From: Perna viridis
Lineage: Eukaryota
Assembly (NCBI GenBank): GCA_037379345.1
Contig: CM074515.1
Coordinates: forward strand, 47,993,743-48,057,742
Reading direction: 5' to 3'
Length of the DNA stretch: 64,000 bases
The translations under genes were made by a program, and so were the position numbers. The notes under the pieces are model-generated. The model saw only the letters and a list, made by a program, of their open reading frames with translations, did not search any database and was not told the origin of the DNA. This document shows, one piece after another, positions 24,401-39,400 of this stretch. The first letter of the stretch is position 1; every line of letters starts with the position of its first letter.

Positions 24401-27400
24401 CTGATGTGTATGGATATATTTTACAGCTTTATGAACTGTTCTTTAGATATTGGGTTCGAGAACATTTCTAGATATTTGTAGATAAACATGAACAACACCT
24501 ACAGAAAAAAATAACACTTGTATAAATATAACGAGTATAGGTATGGTGAATATGTCAAATAAACAACAAACCCACCAGTATACATGTACAAAAAAATGTT
24601 AGGATTAATTTCTCATAGTCAATATAGTGCAATTATGACTAGTGACAAAGACATTAAAATATTGACAACAAAAACCTAACAAAGCACATGGTCAAAAGTC
24701 ACATGATTCAAACAAAGGACAAAATGACAATGAAATGTACAAACTCACCAGAATTTTGGACATCATTTTCAGTTTGGTAGGCCATGTCTATTTCCAAAGT
24801 TTACATTGTTTTTTCACAATAATAATACCAGGGTAACAGCCATTTTACATAAAACTATGTAGTTTCCCATGAATGGTTCATGCATGATATGTTCTAATTT
24901 CAGGGGCTTCATAAGGGGAAAATATTCAATAAATCAAATTAAAGCAGCAAATTTCTCCTCCTGAGGTACAGTACAGGGACTAAATCTGATAAATCAATAA
25001 ACCAAAATATTTCGAAATGTATGAGTACTAAACTTGTAAGTTGAGAAATAAATCAGCCCAGAGAACAACAAAGAACATGCAATATTCATCCCCAGGGGAT
25101 CATTAAAAACTAGCCCCTGTCAAATTACATGTATGTAGTGAAACTCTTATTGTCAATATTTGAAGTATGTGCTAACTTCATTAACAGGTCCATTATGAGA
25201 AAAGTATGTAAACACACTAGTTAAACAATAGTGATTATTACAATAGAAAGCTGTCAAATTCTGCCATTTTACCAATATTTGTAATTAAGTAATCAATGAA
25301 TCAGTGATTTCATGGGTTTTCCAGCCTAGGTTTGACAGTCAACTTAAAACTGTGATTCAAGCTTTTACAAGTTAACTTTTAGTTGTTAATACATACATGT
25401 ATATACTAGTATGTACCTAATCAAGTATGTGATAACTACTTTGTCTATTGGTTCTTGGGTTCTGAACACACTTTTAGTTGTGAACAAACAATGCCATAGA
25501 CTACTGGCAAATCTTACAGTAGCCATTAGTGTGTACTTTGACCTGTACTTGCACCTAGAGGAGAACAATTTGAAGATGCAGTGTAATTATCTCCAATTAA
25601 CTTTATCATGAATAGACATACACCAGATACTATATATCTCTTAGACTTAAGTGAACAGGGCAAAGCCTCATTCAAAACTCACTTAAGAAGCTACTCAAGA
25701 CACAGTGAACATGTATATCTTTCTTCTGTTGTTTTTTTTTAATTGTGTTTCCTGGTCCCTTTACTGAGCCCCAATGAAATTGATTTTGAGCTTCATGTTA
25801 AACATATGTTCAGTAATTACACACACAGCAGGGAGACCTTTTAGGTCACCATGTTAAGTAGATAAAAGCATTAAAATCACAGACAATTCTGTGAAGGAAC
25901 ATTGTTGGAATCTTTCATAACAACAACACCAGTACTTAGGAAATTTCAGTCTGTATATCACAACATAAATTATAGTGCTTCTGTGTGTGCGTCACATTCT
26001 TTCTTTAAACCTTTTTAAATTCAACAAATTTCTTACCATGAAATACATGTAATGCAAGAAGGCAAGTAGAGTGTACATATAGATATAAAATTCAATGTTC
26101 AATTCTTCAGACTTGCATACAACACGTAACCCTCTAGATGCCTTCGTCTGATAACATGTCACATTTTTCAAATGTTCCCTTTTGAATATATAGAATTAAA
26201 CCATGCCTTATCCTTTTAACCTAATCCAAATGATTACCCTGACCCATGATAAAAATATTATATTAAGGAGAGTTACCATACAGGGACCATAAAATGTCAT
26301 GGCATTTCATTACCCAGTCATAATGATTCACTTAACACCTACTGTTTATGGGAAGGATTGTAGTAAAGTTGGCCATTAAAGGAGAAAGTGTTTGTTATGG
26401 ACATAAAATACTACATAAAATTATACCTGAATGTTCTCATGCTTTGGCATAGAATAAAGTATAGATTTTGGGACTGGTTCTGTTGGTCGGCCACAATCAA
26501 AGCTGATAAAATGCTGTACCAGTAACATCTAAAAGGAATTACACTCCTGGCCTTTCAAATGTACCTACATGATCTTAATTCTGGTGGGGACTAGCCAGAA
26601 CTCCCTCAACCCCAGAAAAAAATTAGGTTCAATTATTTTTTTTATTGTTGTTGAAAGTATAATGCAGGGAAAGTAAAGAGAACTACTTTGTGCATGAACA
26701 TGTATTACAATGCTATCATGTGGCTTAATGGTCCCAAGGAAGTTGTCAAAAATTCCATTGGTTTGTACAAATGTACATGTAACTCTTCCTGGGATCATGA
26801 TGCTGCATTAAAGTTAATTCCATGAAGATTAAAATCTTGATGTCTGTTATGGTATGAAATTGCATTCATGAATTTTCAAATCTATAATTTTAATCCATCT
26901 CATCCTTATTGCAATTAATCCTACAATTTCATGCTTGTTGTAAAAGTGTATTACGTCAATGTTGTATAGGTTAAATCAGTTATTTCCTAAAAAGGAACAA
27001 AAACCAGAAGTATCATTTTTATACTCTTAAAGGAGTTTCTCACGTCATGTTGAGATTTATCCATCAATATTCCCACCCTTAAAATCAATTTTGGTAATGA
27101 AATAGAATATGGTTTCAATAGATAACAATTGTAGATTTATTGATTGGATTCTAAACATGTGCATGTCATGACTGAATAACACGACGAAGTAGGTAGATGT
27201 GACTAAACACCATTTACACATGTTGACGTAAAAATTGAACAGTCTTGACATGGCCTAAAGGGACCTATAGAACAACATGCAGGCCGTATATTCTTCTAAT
27301 AAACTTTTTGAAGAATAAAAACAAAATACAGTCAAACCTGTTCAAGTGTCCACCCATAATCAGCATTAACCTGTCTCAAAAGGCTATGATTAAAGTATTT

Positions 27401-30400
27401 AAAAGTAGCGTATTCTATGTAAAAATAACTAGTATATAAAGTACTGGAACACCTGTCTTATGTGACCATGATTTTGTTCTCCATTGAAAGGTCACTTAAT
27501 ACAGGTTTGATTGTACGGAATACTGTCACTATATGAAAAGGCAGAGGACTGCTTTACTTTCTATATCTATGTATAAATTAATCAAGATCATCAGAAGTTT
27601 TACATTTGCTCCCTGAATTATAAAGAATACTGACTAACCAGAAAGAAATGTTTCATTTGTTTTCTGTATGATTGTTCAGCTCTGCTTTGTATGCTCCACC
27701 CTTTAAGATTTTATAGATGAAGCTTGCGGAAGAGAAGAAGTAATAAAATCCCCTCAATCTTCCTATTTATCACTAAGCTATTTTGTATTCTTTTGTTATA
27801 AAGTCAGATAAATTGTAGTGGTATATCTAAACAATCTCACACAACAAAACATTGGATGTCAACTTTTCTTCATCCAATAATTCAGGTTTTGACAAAAATC
27901 TACCTTTTCATGTGTTTACCTATTTGTAATGGGAGGATAAAGCAATACGAGATCAATCGTGTTATTTTTGGACGGTAGACGAAACAATGGGTGGGCACAA
28001 ATACAAATAATTCCCTGGATTTTAAGTACAAAGCTTTACGCCTGAACAATCGGCACATAGCTACACAATAAGTTCACATATTCTATTTTGAGGTACGCTA
28101 TTGGAAGAATGATTTGTGGTATACCCTATTGTTGGCGTCATTTGTTGATATTTTTTCTTTACAGCAAAGTGGTTTTTAAATCGTCTAAGGGGGAATTTTT
28201 ATTTAAGCCTCGACCTTAAGAACAAAGTTGTATAGATTTATATGTAGTTTATCGCGTCGTGTTCAACATTTGAACAACTTATAAATGAATATTTCAGTTC
28301 CTTTCAAGACTGTAATTATGTGACATTACAGATTGTTATAATCAACCATTAAATAAGTTCAACAAATTTAATATGAATCATAATGAATTCATTGCTTGTA
28401 TGAAAGTTTGCAAAATACATCTACTTGTAGCTTTCACCATTATAGATTTGAAATCTACATTTGTGTTGGAATGCACATTTAATTCCTGAATGAATCAGAG
28501 GTTAAAATGGAAGTCACTGGTCCACTTGAAGAAAATCAGATGTTCACAACAAAGTGTCAATAAACAAAAGATTGTAGGTCTAGGAGGAAATTTCAAAAGT
28601 CCAAGGTCAGAAGTTCAGGGGCCCTGACCTCAGGTTACCACTAATTTGAACCCCTGTGAATGATATTAGAACTGCTATGACAAATAACAAGGTCAATGGT
28701 CAAAATTAAAGTATTAAGGAATTTGATCAGCTAATATTAATACAGGACTGAAATTTAATGAGGCATTCAAACTGTATTGTTCACCCACAAATTAGAACGG
28801 TCTAAACCTTAGTCCATTTTACTAACAATAGACCAAGAATCCCAAATATATAGTCCATTTGTTTTTCAATTGTAAATAATTAAATGCATGAAAGGGAAAA
28901 ACACCTTGTCCCCCCCTTTTTTATCGTCAGGATATCTTATATCCTTTAGTATGTACATAATAATGTATTTGGACAAAGGCCTAAATATCAAATCATTCTG
29001 TAATGTAATTGTTTATCTAACCTTTGGAAATAAAAATTTGCCAGTAGTTTGAATGTTTGAACAAACTTTCACTTACAAACTCATCCAGTAATTGTCGAGT
29101 TTTGCCAAACTTTTTCCTCATCTTAAGCCATTTAAAAGAACCCTATACTTCTTATTTTCAATTTTCAATGAAAAGTTAATTGAATTTTCACTGATAATGG
29201 TCATGTTATAGGGAGAATTCTAACCTTAGTACTACTATCAGTCACATGCTTCATTTAACAAATTTAAGTTTTTATCACTAACAAATTAAAAAGTGACAGT
29301 TTTATAGGTAGAAACCAAGGAATTTCCATGACCAGTATTGACAATCCAATATCTTAGTACTCCAGCTCCTCTTTGTTGTGTGATAAAATCTAGAGCCTCC
29401 CCCTTCAGGCTGTTTACATTTCGGACAGATCTGTATTAAGACTTCTTCTGATAAAGCATATAAGGAGAGTACTCTTGTTTTCTTTAGAGTTAAACCTATC
29501 TAGATTGGGTGATCTTCAATTTTCCTATGCCTAACGGTGAAATTTCAATGTTATGTTAAATTCCATCAGATCAGACTCTTTAAGTACACAATGTACTAGA
29601 TTTTGCCATAATCAAGGTACATATACATGTACTCCTGACATAAGTAATGGACATTGTAGAATTCATTACCCAATCACAGTTTTTAAGTGAATTTGTACTG
29701 GTCTCACATTTTAAATGAAGACAAATGACTGAATAATAATTGTCCCATTTATAAGTAATCTTTTCCTATCAAGTCAGTGCTAAAACTTTTTCTTACAATT
29801 TTTTTCTGACTAGACCAAAAAGACAGCCATAATGACCAACACCTGTACTAGGCTGACTATGACCAGCAGACGACAAGAAGATGATATTGCCAATAAGAGT
29901 GATAATAAACCATTCAGGCCAAATGTTCCCCACAGCTATTTTCCGACACCAAATCATCATAGTGACCAGTGTTTTCCATTACAGTGGGATAACGTTAAAT
30001 ATTTCTACTATAAGTTGGGTTAATATGGACAAAATAAAATCTTGGTTTATTTGCTGTCAATTTTATAAATGCAAAAGTTAAATGGAGCCTTTGTATAACA
30101 TGTACAGATTTTCTACAAAGTTTTAATCCACTCACTGAAAAGAGTGGTGCCATATGCAGTAACAAACTTCAGAACATTTCAAAAGTGTAGATGATCAAGA
30201 AATTTTGCTAAGCAAACCATCTGTAAGATAATGTACATTTGTACACTGTACATGTAAGTTTCCATTTATAACTTGGGTAATTCAGAACACTTTAAAAGTG
30301 ACTAATCATTAGTTATAAATATTAAAATCATTCCAAGCCTTGGTAGAAAAATGCCTATGAAGAATCAATACTCACAAACACAGGCAGTGTTTAATTTGAA

Positions 30401-33400
30401 CAGGTAAAAAAAAAAAATCTTAGCAGAAATCTTATTTACATGTATGGCATATTTGAGGGAAAAACCTTAAAATAGATGGAAAAGATGCTGTTGCCACTAG
30501 CAATAGAATAGGACAGAGTCTAAATGAAGACTTTTAGCACATACATAACCATGTGCAACTTATCTGTACAGAGCTTAAAACATTTCTACATTGGTGTAAA
30601 TGATTGTGCAAAACAGAGAGATTTTCCCAAAATCGTTTCTGATATAAAATAGTCTATCTTACTCAATTCAAAAGACATTACGCCCCATTATGACAAGATT
30701 AAAAGTCTAATCCCTCTTTTCCTTATCCACAAGGATTAAATGTAATCATTCATGGTCTTGACTTACTTATTGATACTAAAGGATTACATCACAGGAGATT
30801 TAAATCTGGACCATACCCCCCTCTTTTAACATTCTTGGGAGGATTATACACTTAAAATTGTCAAAATACTCATCTATAATCCCTGAATTATGTCATTATA
30901 ATTACAAAGCATGGTGTGTCTGACATAATTAGTATGTAAACATCAAGTTACCCAAGCTTAAAATAGAATGCTGGTAGGTGTACATTAGTAAACAGACATG
31001 TCTTGTATTTTACACGAACATTTGTAGATTTAAAGAATACTTGAATATGACAGGTCACGATAATGAAAACAGTGCATGCTCTCTGTCAGACTGTAAAGTT
31101 AAAACATCCTTCAAAGTCTTAATGCATAGAATCCATATTTTGTCTAAGAACAGTTATAGATTACATTGAGAAGTTGAGACAAGGAAAAAAAAAAACATTT
31201 AAGATGCCTCTTCCATGTGAATAATTAATATAATGAGGCAAAACTCTTACAATAACACCATATTTCTATACAATTGTATGTTACTATTAGGTACTGCATT
31301 ATATTTGAATAAAACAGCTGATGTTTGTAAAAATCTTTGTGAAAGGTTCTGATGACTAATAAAAAAGTACACAGTAAAATTGATTGAACTGTAGACCAAG
31401 TAGAATTTTACCTACCTTATATGAAAAGATATGTTTTCTTTATTGATTAAAGGTAAATTTTCTCACCTGACATTGTGTACTGGCTTTGAATAATTCAATA
31501 AGCTTTGTGTGAGTTATCCTCAACAAAATCTCCAATAAATTCACTAAAAGTCTTTTTCACTTGATTTGAGTGTTAGATCCATGTAAAATAGTACATAAAT
31601 TGTGTAAGATCATCATATCTGTTCAATAGTTGCTTCTAGTGTGAAACTAATATCTGTAATTACCCCTAAAATTAAATCCCAGAGGTCGAAAAGCAATATT
31701 GTTGAAAGGTTTTGTATAGAGATAGATCACAAAGTGAACAAATATGCTTTTCCTACTGGCTAGAATGAACATCAAGCCCAAATCTCCATGTTGTGTGTTT
31801 TTCTTCCACAGGAAACCACCACTAATTACTATCTCTCAAGGTGTACTGCTTTCCTCAGCACTAATTAGTGTCAGACTAAATTATCAAATACACAAAAGAA
31901 GGAAATTAAAAACTCCAGGAATTAATTTTCATCAAAAATAAAACTAAATTTCACTACCAGCTTGACACATACACACAGGTGACCTGGTTTACTTCAAGGT
32001 TGAGTGAAATCTACCCAATCAACAAACATTTCACAGGTGTAACCTTTCAACCCTATTTAGGACAATAGACTCTTCCTAGAGTTAATTGATTTAATTGTTT
32101 TGAGTTGGGTTGATGTTGACAAATAGGGGTGGTCAATAAATTTAATCTCCATAGGTAGCTGGTAGGCACTGTTAGAACTGTATAGGTGTGAAAACTTGAT
32201 ATGTCTTGAATTTTAATGGAAAATGTTTCATATTTCACACTATCATGAATTAATCAGAAAACAATCAATTCTTTCTGATAAAAATTAGTAGATAAGAGCA
32301 TTTATTGGAATTGTTTCATAACCCAATGGCTCAATTTTAAACTAACTAAATCAACTATAAAGTAATAAAGCAGTGATGTAATTATCCTTTTTTTTTAAAT
32401 TACTGTACATTCATCACTTTAAAAAAAATGTAAATACTGACTATTTTTCTCTAACAAAATCCACATTGAGGAGCTTGGGACAGAACAGTTCAATGGGCAA
32501 TTCAATCTTTAGTTTCAGGAACATGTGTAATTTAAAACCTGCTTGTGGTACAGACTGATTTTCAAACAGTACATGTCAAATTTAACCTTTCCAAATAACA
32601 TAGATCTGTATCAAACAAGAAAGTTTGATGTAAATAGAAAGTTAGTCTAAACATTTATCCAATCCCTGGATGTAATCACTCTCTGCTGGAGGCCATATGT
32701 ATGTTTTATGTAACATAAACAAAACTATCTACAGTTGGGGGCACTTCTGGGGTAACTAAACAATAATAATGGCAGTCCCCCATTTACTCTTTGTACCAGG
32801 AACCCCCCAAACAAAAAAAAACAACAAAAAAAAAAGAAGAAAAAAACAGAAGTCAACATTTCTTCTATCATAAATTACTGATAATAGACAGTTAATAGTA
32901 CATATTTCAGTCAATATCTTATCATAAATTCAAAATACTGCCTGAATTGTAAAATTGCTGTTTTAAATGACCCACTATATTTCTTTCCTTCTGTCCCAAG
33001 TAAGTTTACATCAAAGCAGAACACTGAAGTATGCTTTGTTAGAATATAGTAGGCCTTGGAGTTCTAAACCATATATTATAAAAGCCTAACTGATTGTCCT
33101 TTCAACTTCTTTGTTGACACACTTTAAATCGACTTATGCCTTATCCACTTGCAGAATGATGCATCAGGTATAGAAATGGAGATAAATTGCCCCCAAATCT
33201 CTTTGTGATTTAACTAATTCTTCTAAAATCTCTTAACCAAACAATAGTGGACGGTTCAATGGCTCAGGATGTTGCCATTGAGTCGAAACAATTTTTCTCT
33301 TGATCAGATTATAAATCGAATGGCCATATTAAAGGTGTGTTCCGGTGAGAGAACAACATCAATGGACTATTTATTTAGAATGGGAAGAAAATTGAATTTT

Positions 33401-36400
33401 ATTACAAGTATGAGTAAAAAGAAAGCAGGGCCAAAGACGTAAACATGATTTCAAAATGTAACTTTGGACAATTTTAAACAGTTATGGACAATTAAAAAAA
33501 TTTCTAGCTTCCAATTCAGAAATTAATACAGACTAAATCAACATGTTTCCCTCTCTATGAAAGAGGGGAGATCTCCCACCAATTGAATCAAGGTCCATTT
33601 CTACATGTCAGGGCACCACATCTTCTCCAACCCAATGGATATCGTCCAACCCTCTGTGTCAGGGCACCACCCCTCCTCCCATCCAATGGATATCATCCAT
33701 CCCTCTGTGTCAGGGCACCACCACTTCTCCCATCTGATGGATATCATCCATCCCTCTGTGCCAGGGCACCAACCCTTATCACACCAAATGGAAAACAAGT
33801 CCATCTCTCCATGTCTGGGCATCATTTATCTCACCCAATGAAAACCAAGGCCATCCATTCATGTTAGGACAACCCCTCCACCCAAGCTGTCCCATACCTC
33901 CCATCCAGAAAGATTTTGCATTTAACTTTCTGAACATTTAGACAAATTGGCAAGTATGGTTTCTTCACTTGCATATCGTAACGTTTAATAAACTGATATT
34001 TCTCTCTTAATACCTATGCCAAGATATTAGACGAAGCAGTAAGTGTATGCCCAGAGAAAATGAGTAAAGCGGAAACTGACCTGTGTTGTAATCACACAGG
34101 TGTCTTTATTGTGGTTTTCTTAATCTGTTAACTTCCTTCCACAAAGTTAACAATACCATGTGGATCATAAAGTAACAAACATACATCTTTATATTTTATT
34201 TTTATAATAGAAGTTTAAAATACAAGATGACAGCTTCAATTTCATTTTCTTCATTTTTCTAGAGAGTATTTTCTCCCCTATTTCCTCCTATAAAAAGCTT
34301 TTTGTGAAACCATGTTAATATATAATGACACATTCATGTTTTTGTTACAGACAATGACAAATTGTTATTTCCTTACATGAAACATTTTCATTTTCAATTT
34401 TTCTTTATATTGATTGATAAATCATACCTTCTTCATGTCCATCACAGACTTAATATTTCCTCTAAATAAAAACAAGTAGAGGTTGGGGTTATATACAAGT
34501 ATCGCATAATAATTTTTTCTATATCCATTTGAAAAATAAAAAATAGGGCATTAATAGAACATTATGTGACACCCCACCATGTAATGGTGGAAAAGGGGGG
34601 GGGGTGGCAAAATGTTCAAAATGGCCTAACTTGAAAACCACTTTGGATTTTGCCGAAAATTGAACTTAACTTGAATTTTATGATACTAAAATTGATCTTT
34701 TCTTAGGTTATCATCTGGAAACTGTGAGAGGGGGGGGGACAGATGGACACAGCAACTTTTTATAGGGTATCACATAAAAACTTGCCTCATCATGTAGCAG
34801 GTATAAAAATGATCACTTCCTACTAAGATAACGAAATTGAAATGGAGACATTTCCTTATCAATAGTGGGTTATTTTCTCAACTCTTCCTGCTATTCTTGC
34901 AGGAATACTAACCAATTAACTGCACTACCATGATATTTGTTATTTAATACCCCTATTTGTCTAATAAATCAGTCAGTTTTGTGATTTTTTAAAAATCTTT
35001 TTTTCTACAAAATGAAAACCAAACAATACATTCATTCAAAGTTAAAGTAAAGACAATTAGTACTTTTTTACATTTTATATGATTTTTTCCTTCATTTGGC
35101 AATTGCCAGATATAGTCATCTACACTTGCATTTACCATAATGTAGACCGACCCCCCCTCTTTTATTTTATTACAGAAATCATTGCACAACATGTAGATGT
35201 TAGGTAAAGGTGAAGTGAGTTAACTGTAACAAAGAAAGTTCATCTCATGATCATGCCCCATTATACTGATACTTCCTTGGAACAAGAGAAATAAAACTAG
35301 TCATTACAGCATTGTGTATTGATAATAGATCTGATTTCCAATATATAATCTCATCAAAACAAATCAGTGTCATTGATTTCTCATCGTTTTAATTGCAATT
35401 TTATTCTGAGAATCAACTGAGAACATATGAGAAACACCTACAAGGATGATATTGGTCTGTGAATATCTGTTTCATATTTTACATGAATAAATGATTATAA
35501 AGGGCTATCAAGATAAATGTTTCTTACATGGAACATACTGAATTTGAGACAGAAAATATCACCGTCTGCCAGATAGGGTTAGATGTGATGGTTTGTTGAG
35601 ATGTTCAAAACTATAGTTATTGGTATTTTTGTTTATTGGTGACATCATGCTTCATTTGGCATATTTGAAAATTGTTGATATTTTTAGTATCACAACAATA
35701 GCCTGAGATAGAAAATATCAGACAGAAAGAAGAATTCAAAAACATAAGATATGTAAAAAGTAAATGTAGGAAAAATATGTGCATGAAAAAAAGCATAAAA
35801 TATGTGCAACACTTCAAACTTAAACAAAATAACTTGCAGGATGTTTCGTATTGTTACTTCTTCATGTTAACAGAAAATAGCATGCTAAAAATGTTCACAT
35901 TGAAAAACCATTGAAAACATGAAAATCCTATGGAAAATCCTCATAAATACAGATTATATTCCTTCATTTTCAACAGAAGTGAAAGAAATCCTGGATTTAA
36001 AGTCTAAGTATTTCACTTTCAAACCTTAATGTTACCCCCTCATTACATCAAAGCTACCACTAGGTCTGTTATAGACAATATATATACCTTAAGTGTCAGT
36101 CTCTGTAAGAATCAGGCAGTAGGTGAAACATGGTATGAAAAAAACCATCATTTGAAAGTTTAATTTGATTATTTGCATCATCAGAATCAAGAAAAAAAGA
36201 CATTTTCCATTCATGTTGGTACTGAGTTATAATTTCATTGCAATGCACTGAAAATGAACAATTCAATGGCAGATAACTCTGTCAAAAACCTCATTTTTCT
36301 AACTTTCTATTGAAAAAATTCTGAGCAAAGCCAGTGATGCAGAGATTAAAGAATGGACTTTTCAAATAGAGAAAGTATCCCTGACTGGTATTACATTGTC

Positions 36401-39400
36401 AGATCGGTGGGGTTTTGACATGCATGTTTCTGATTTTTCCCATTTTGCCTGATTCTTACACTTACAGTTAACAATTTCTTTTTGAACCATGTCTACATAC
36501 AGAATTAATTGTTTTTCCATTAACCAACCCTCGCTAATGATGGAGTCAATGAGCAGTTTAACTGAGTCATATTTCATTAATTACACTTCATTCTTCATCA
36601 CATACTTCAAACATAAATTTCTGAGTAATAGTTTTTACCTAAGTAGCTTTTCATGCATGAGTAATGAAGAGAAGTTATAATCTGTTATTAAACATGCATC
36701 TAATTTGAGTAGTGTCACCTACATTGGTTTATTAGCATGTTATGTCATAAATTAAACCTTATTAAATATTAATTTATCATCACAGTCATGGGAAATGCTT
36801 TTGATATGCTTGGTTGAAATTCATTACTAAATTATCCTATGTAAGTATTTTTCACTTGTAACAGACAAGTGCGCTTACAAGACTGACAGAGTCATATCCC
36901 TTTCTTTACGAGGCTAATAGAGTTATCTCCAATATAAAGGAAAAATAAAAGGCTAAGTTCTAAGTCTTAAAGCCAGATAAAAGCAAAAACACAGCCAAGT
37001 TGGTGTAATTTTGGCCACACTTTTCGCCAGTTAGTGAGGTAAAGAAAAAAAAATCTTGAGTGAGTAGCCACCATGTAATGTTCAATAAAGATGTATTCAT
37101 ATCTTGGGTACATAGTGAAACTCACCAATGGCATCAAAAGTCACATTTCTGTCTGCTACAATTGTATTTGATAATTGATGGTTAATGTCTATTACTTAAT
37201 AATCATTGCATTAAGAACATAAAGTTATACATTTTTTACTAGATTTATACAATAATATATACTGGTTCTACTTCAGAAACAGGAGATGGCATCTCAAGGC
37301 ATAAATATGGACCATCTTCAGTTGACAATGGATTTGGAACAAATAATGTCTTAAAAAAGATGGCTAAAAAAAAGGAGTGTGGACATCATACCTTCTGTGG
37401 GTGATGCAACAAGAACAAACAAAAAATAAGCTTGTAATTGCAAAATAAAAAACTAAACTAATGAAAATGAAATTTTGAAGATAATATGACAATAAATTTG
37501 TTGCCTTTACTTCAATTAACCTAAAAATTAATATATTCCCCCTTAAAAGTTCAAGTCTGAGAACAGAGCTAATCAAAGTATGAACAAATTAAGATAAAAT
37601 TGAATAAAATTCCATCTGAAGTCATATTACCTTTCCTTTTATTCAACAAGAACTTACTAATTTTAACAGAAACTGGGACACTGCAAACATCCTTTCTTTG
37701 GACAAGACAGAGAGAAACATTCATTCGATTAACTCCCTCTGTTGTAACAGCTATTCTAGCTGCATTAGCATCAAAACAATCAAGATTGCCTTCTGTGTAT
37801 GTTTGCCACGAGTTTCCACCATTTGTGCTTAACTTGACCTTAACACAAAAGGTATTATTCACATTAAGATTGAGTTCGAGTTGTTTGCTTTGGTCTGAGT
37901 ATTGAAGTGATCCTCCTATAATTGGGAATGTATAAGCTGAAAATAAAATATACCAGTAAGTGTATGAATATCATTTGTAGATATAAGGGTATGTTCAAGG
38001 GGGTTATCATATGTAGGAAAACTATTATACTTAACCTCTGCTCTTAAAGATACCATTTTTTTTTCACACTTTGGGGTTAAAGACATGGATTCAAACTGAT
38101 AGAGCTTGAACTAGACAGTTTTATCTTAATGGTATTTCAAAAAGTGTCTTTTATGAAAATGAATAATTACTAGTTGTAAAAATAATCGCACAATTCTATC
38201 TATTATTGCTATTCCTCTGAAAGTATTCTTCAATATCAAATATGTTTGATGATCATGTAAATATAATGTTAAGTCCCCTTCCTCATTTCATGTACACATA
38301 TTTAAGAGGATGCCCATGCACAAAACCAGGCCATGGGTGGCACTTGACAAATTTTGGTTTCAAAATTTTTTCATCCATTTCATTTCACAAATGCATCCTT
38401 TTCTCAAAGTTAAATGTTAGTTTTTGAATTAACTGCAATAATTAATGGGAAATAAATTACATAGAAAGCACTGAAATTCATTGAAAATGGAGATAATCCT
38501 TAATTTTGTGCAAAATTTGTTTGCTTCGTTTCGGCAACTTCAAAATCCTTTTCTGGGCTATCCATTGTTGATTAAAAAATTCATTGACATACTTTTTGAA
38601 TGATATAAAATCATACATTCGAACCAAAAATTCATAGGGAAAAAAAATATGTTGTGCCACCCAGATCATAGGATTTGGCTGATCTTTACATGGGCAGTCT
38701 CGTAATCACTTCAGAAATATCAAGTTAAGGAAACAAGTAACTTATACTTTACTTAATAATATACATCCTTATTACACTAATGAATACTATTTACTTACAA
38801 TCAGTTGAAACTGTAATAGACTCTGACATTTGACCGTTTCCAAGCTGGTTATGACCATATATTTGGAATATGTAAGTAGTACTTGGAATTAAGTCTGAAA
38901 AGAAAAGTTGATAAACATTTCATAAAGTAGTAGTCATACAGCCATAAAATGATTTTGCTGAGATTCTTTATCTTTGTAATTTTTTAACCAATCAAATTTA
39001 AGTGTGTGGTTATCAAAAGAAATTCTGACATTAATGGCACTAGTAGTATGTAGATGCATTACATTACATTTCATCTTTATAGATCTAAGGGGACAACTCA
39101 ATCATTTCACTATTTGCAAAATCAAAATTAAGGGGAAATAACAAAGAGATACTTACTTGCAACAATGAATTGTGTGACATTTTCTGGTTGAACTGCAACA
39201 GTTTTTTCTATAGGATTTGGTGGATTGGTTCTGTATCTAATCATGAAATACTGCAGAGACCCACCGTCAAACCCTGGTGTCCAATGTAGAGTAATTGTGT
39301 CCCATGATTTTTTCAGCCAAATCAGATCGGTTGGTGCCTCAGGTTTGCCTACAAATGGAAAGGAACCATCCACAGGTTAATGGAATGCCATCAGACTTAT

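Noticed and set aside
33583-33867. Three overlapping repetitive ORFs (His/Pro-rich)
   Set aside because: By-product of a 51-bp minisatellite in an intron; no splice sites linking it to the gene.
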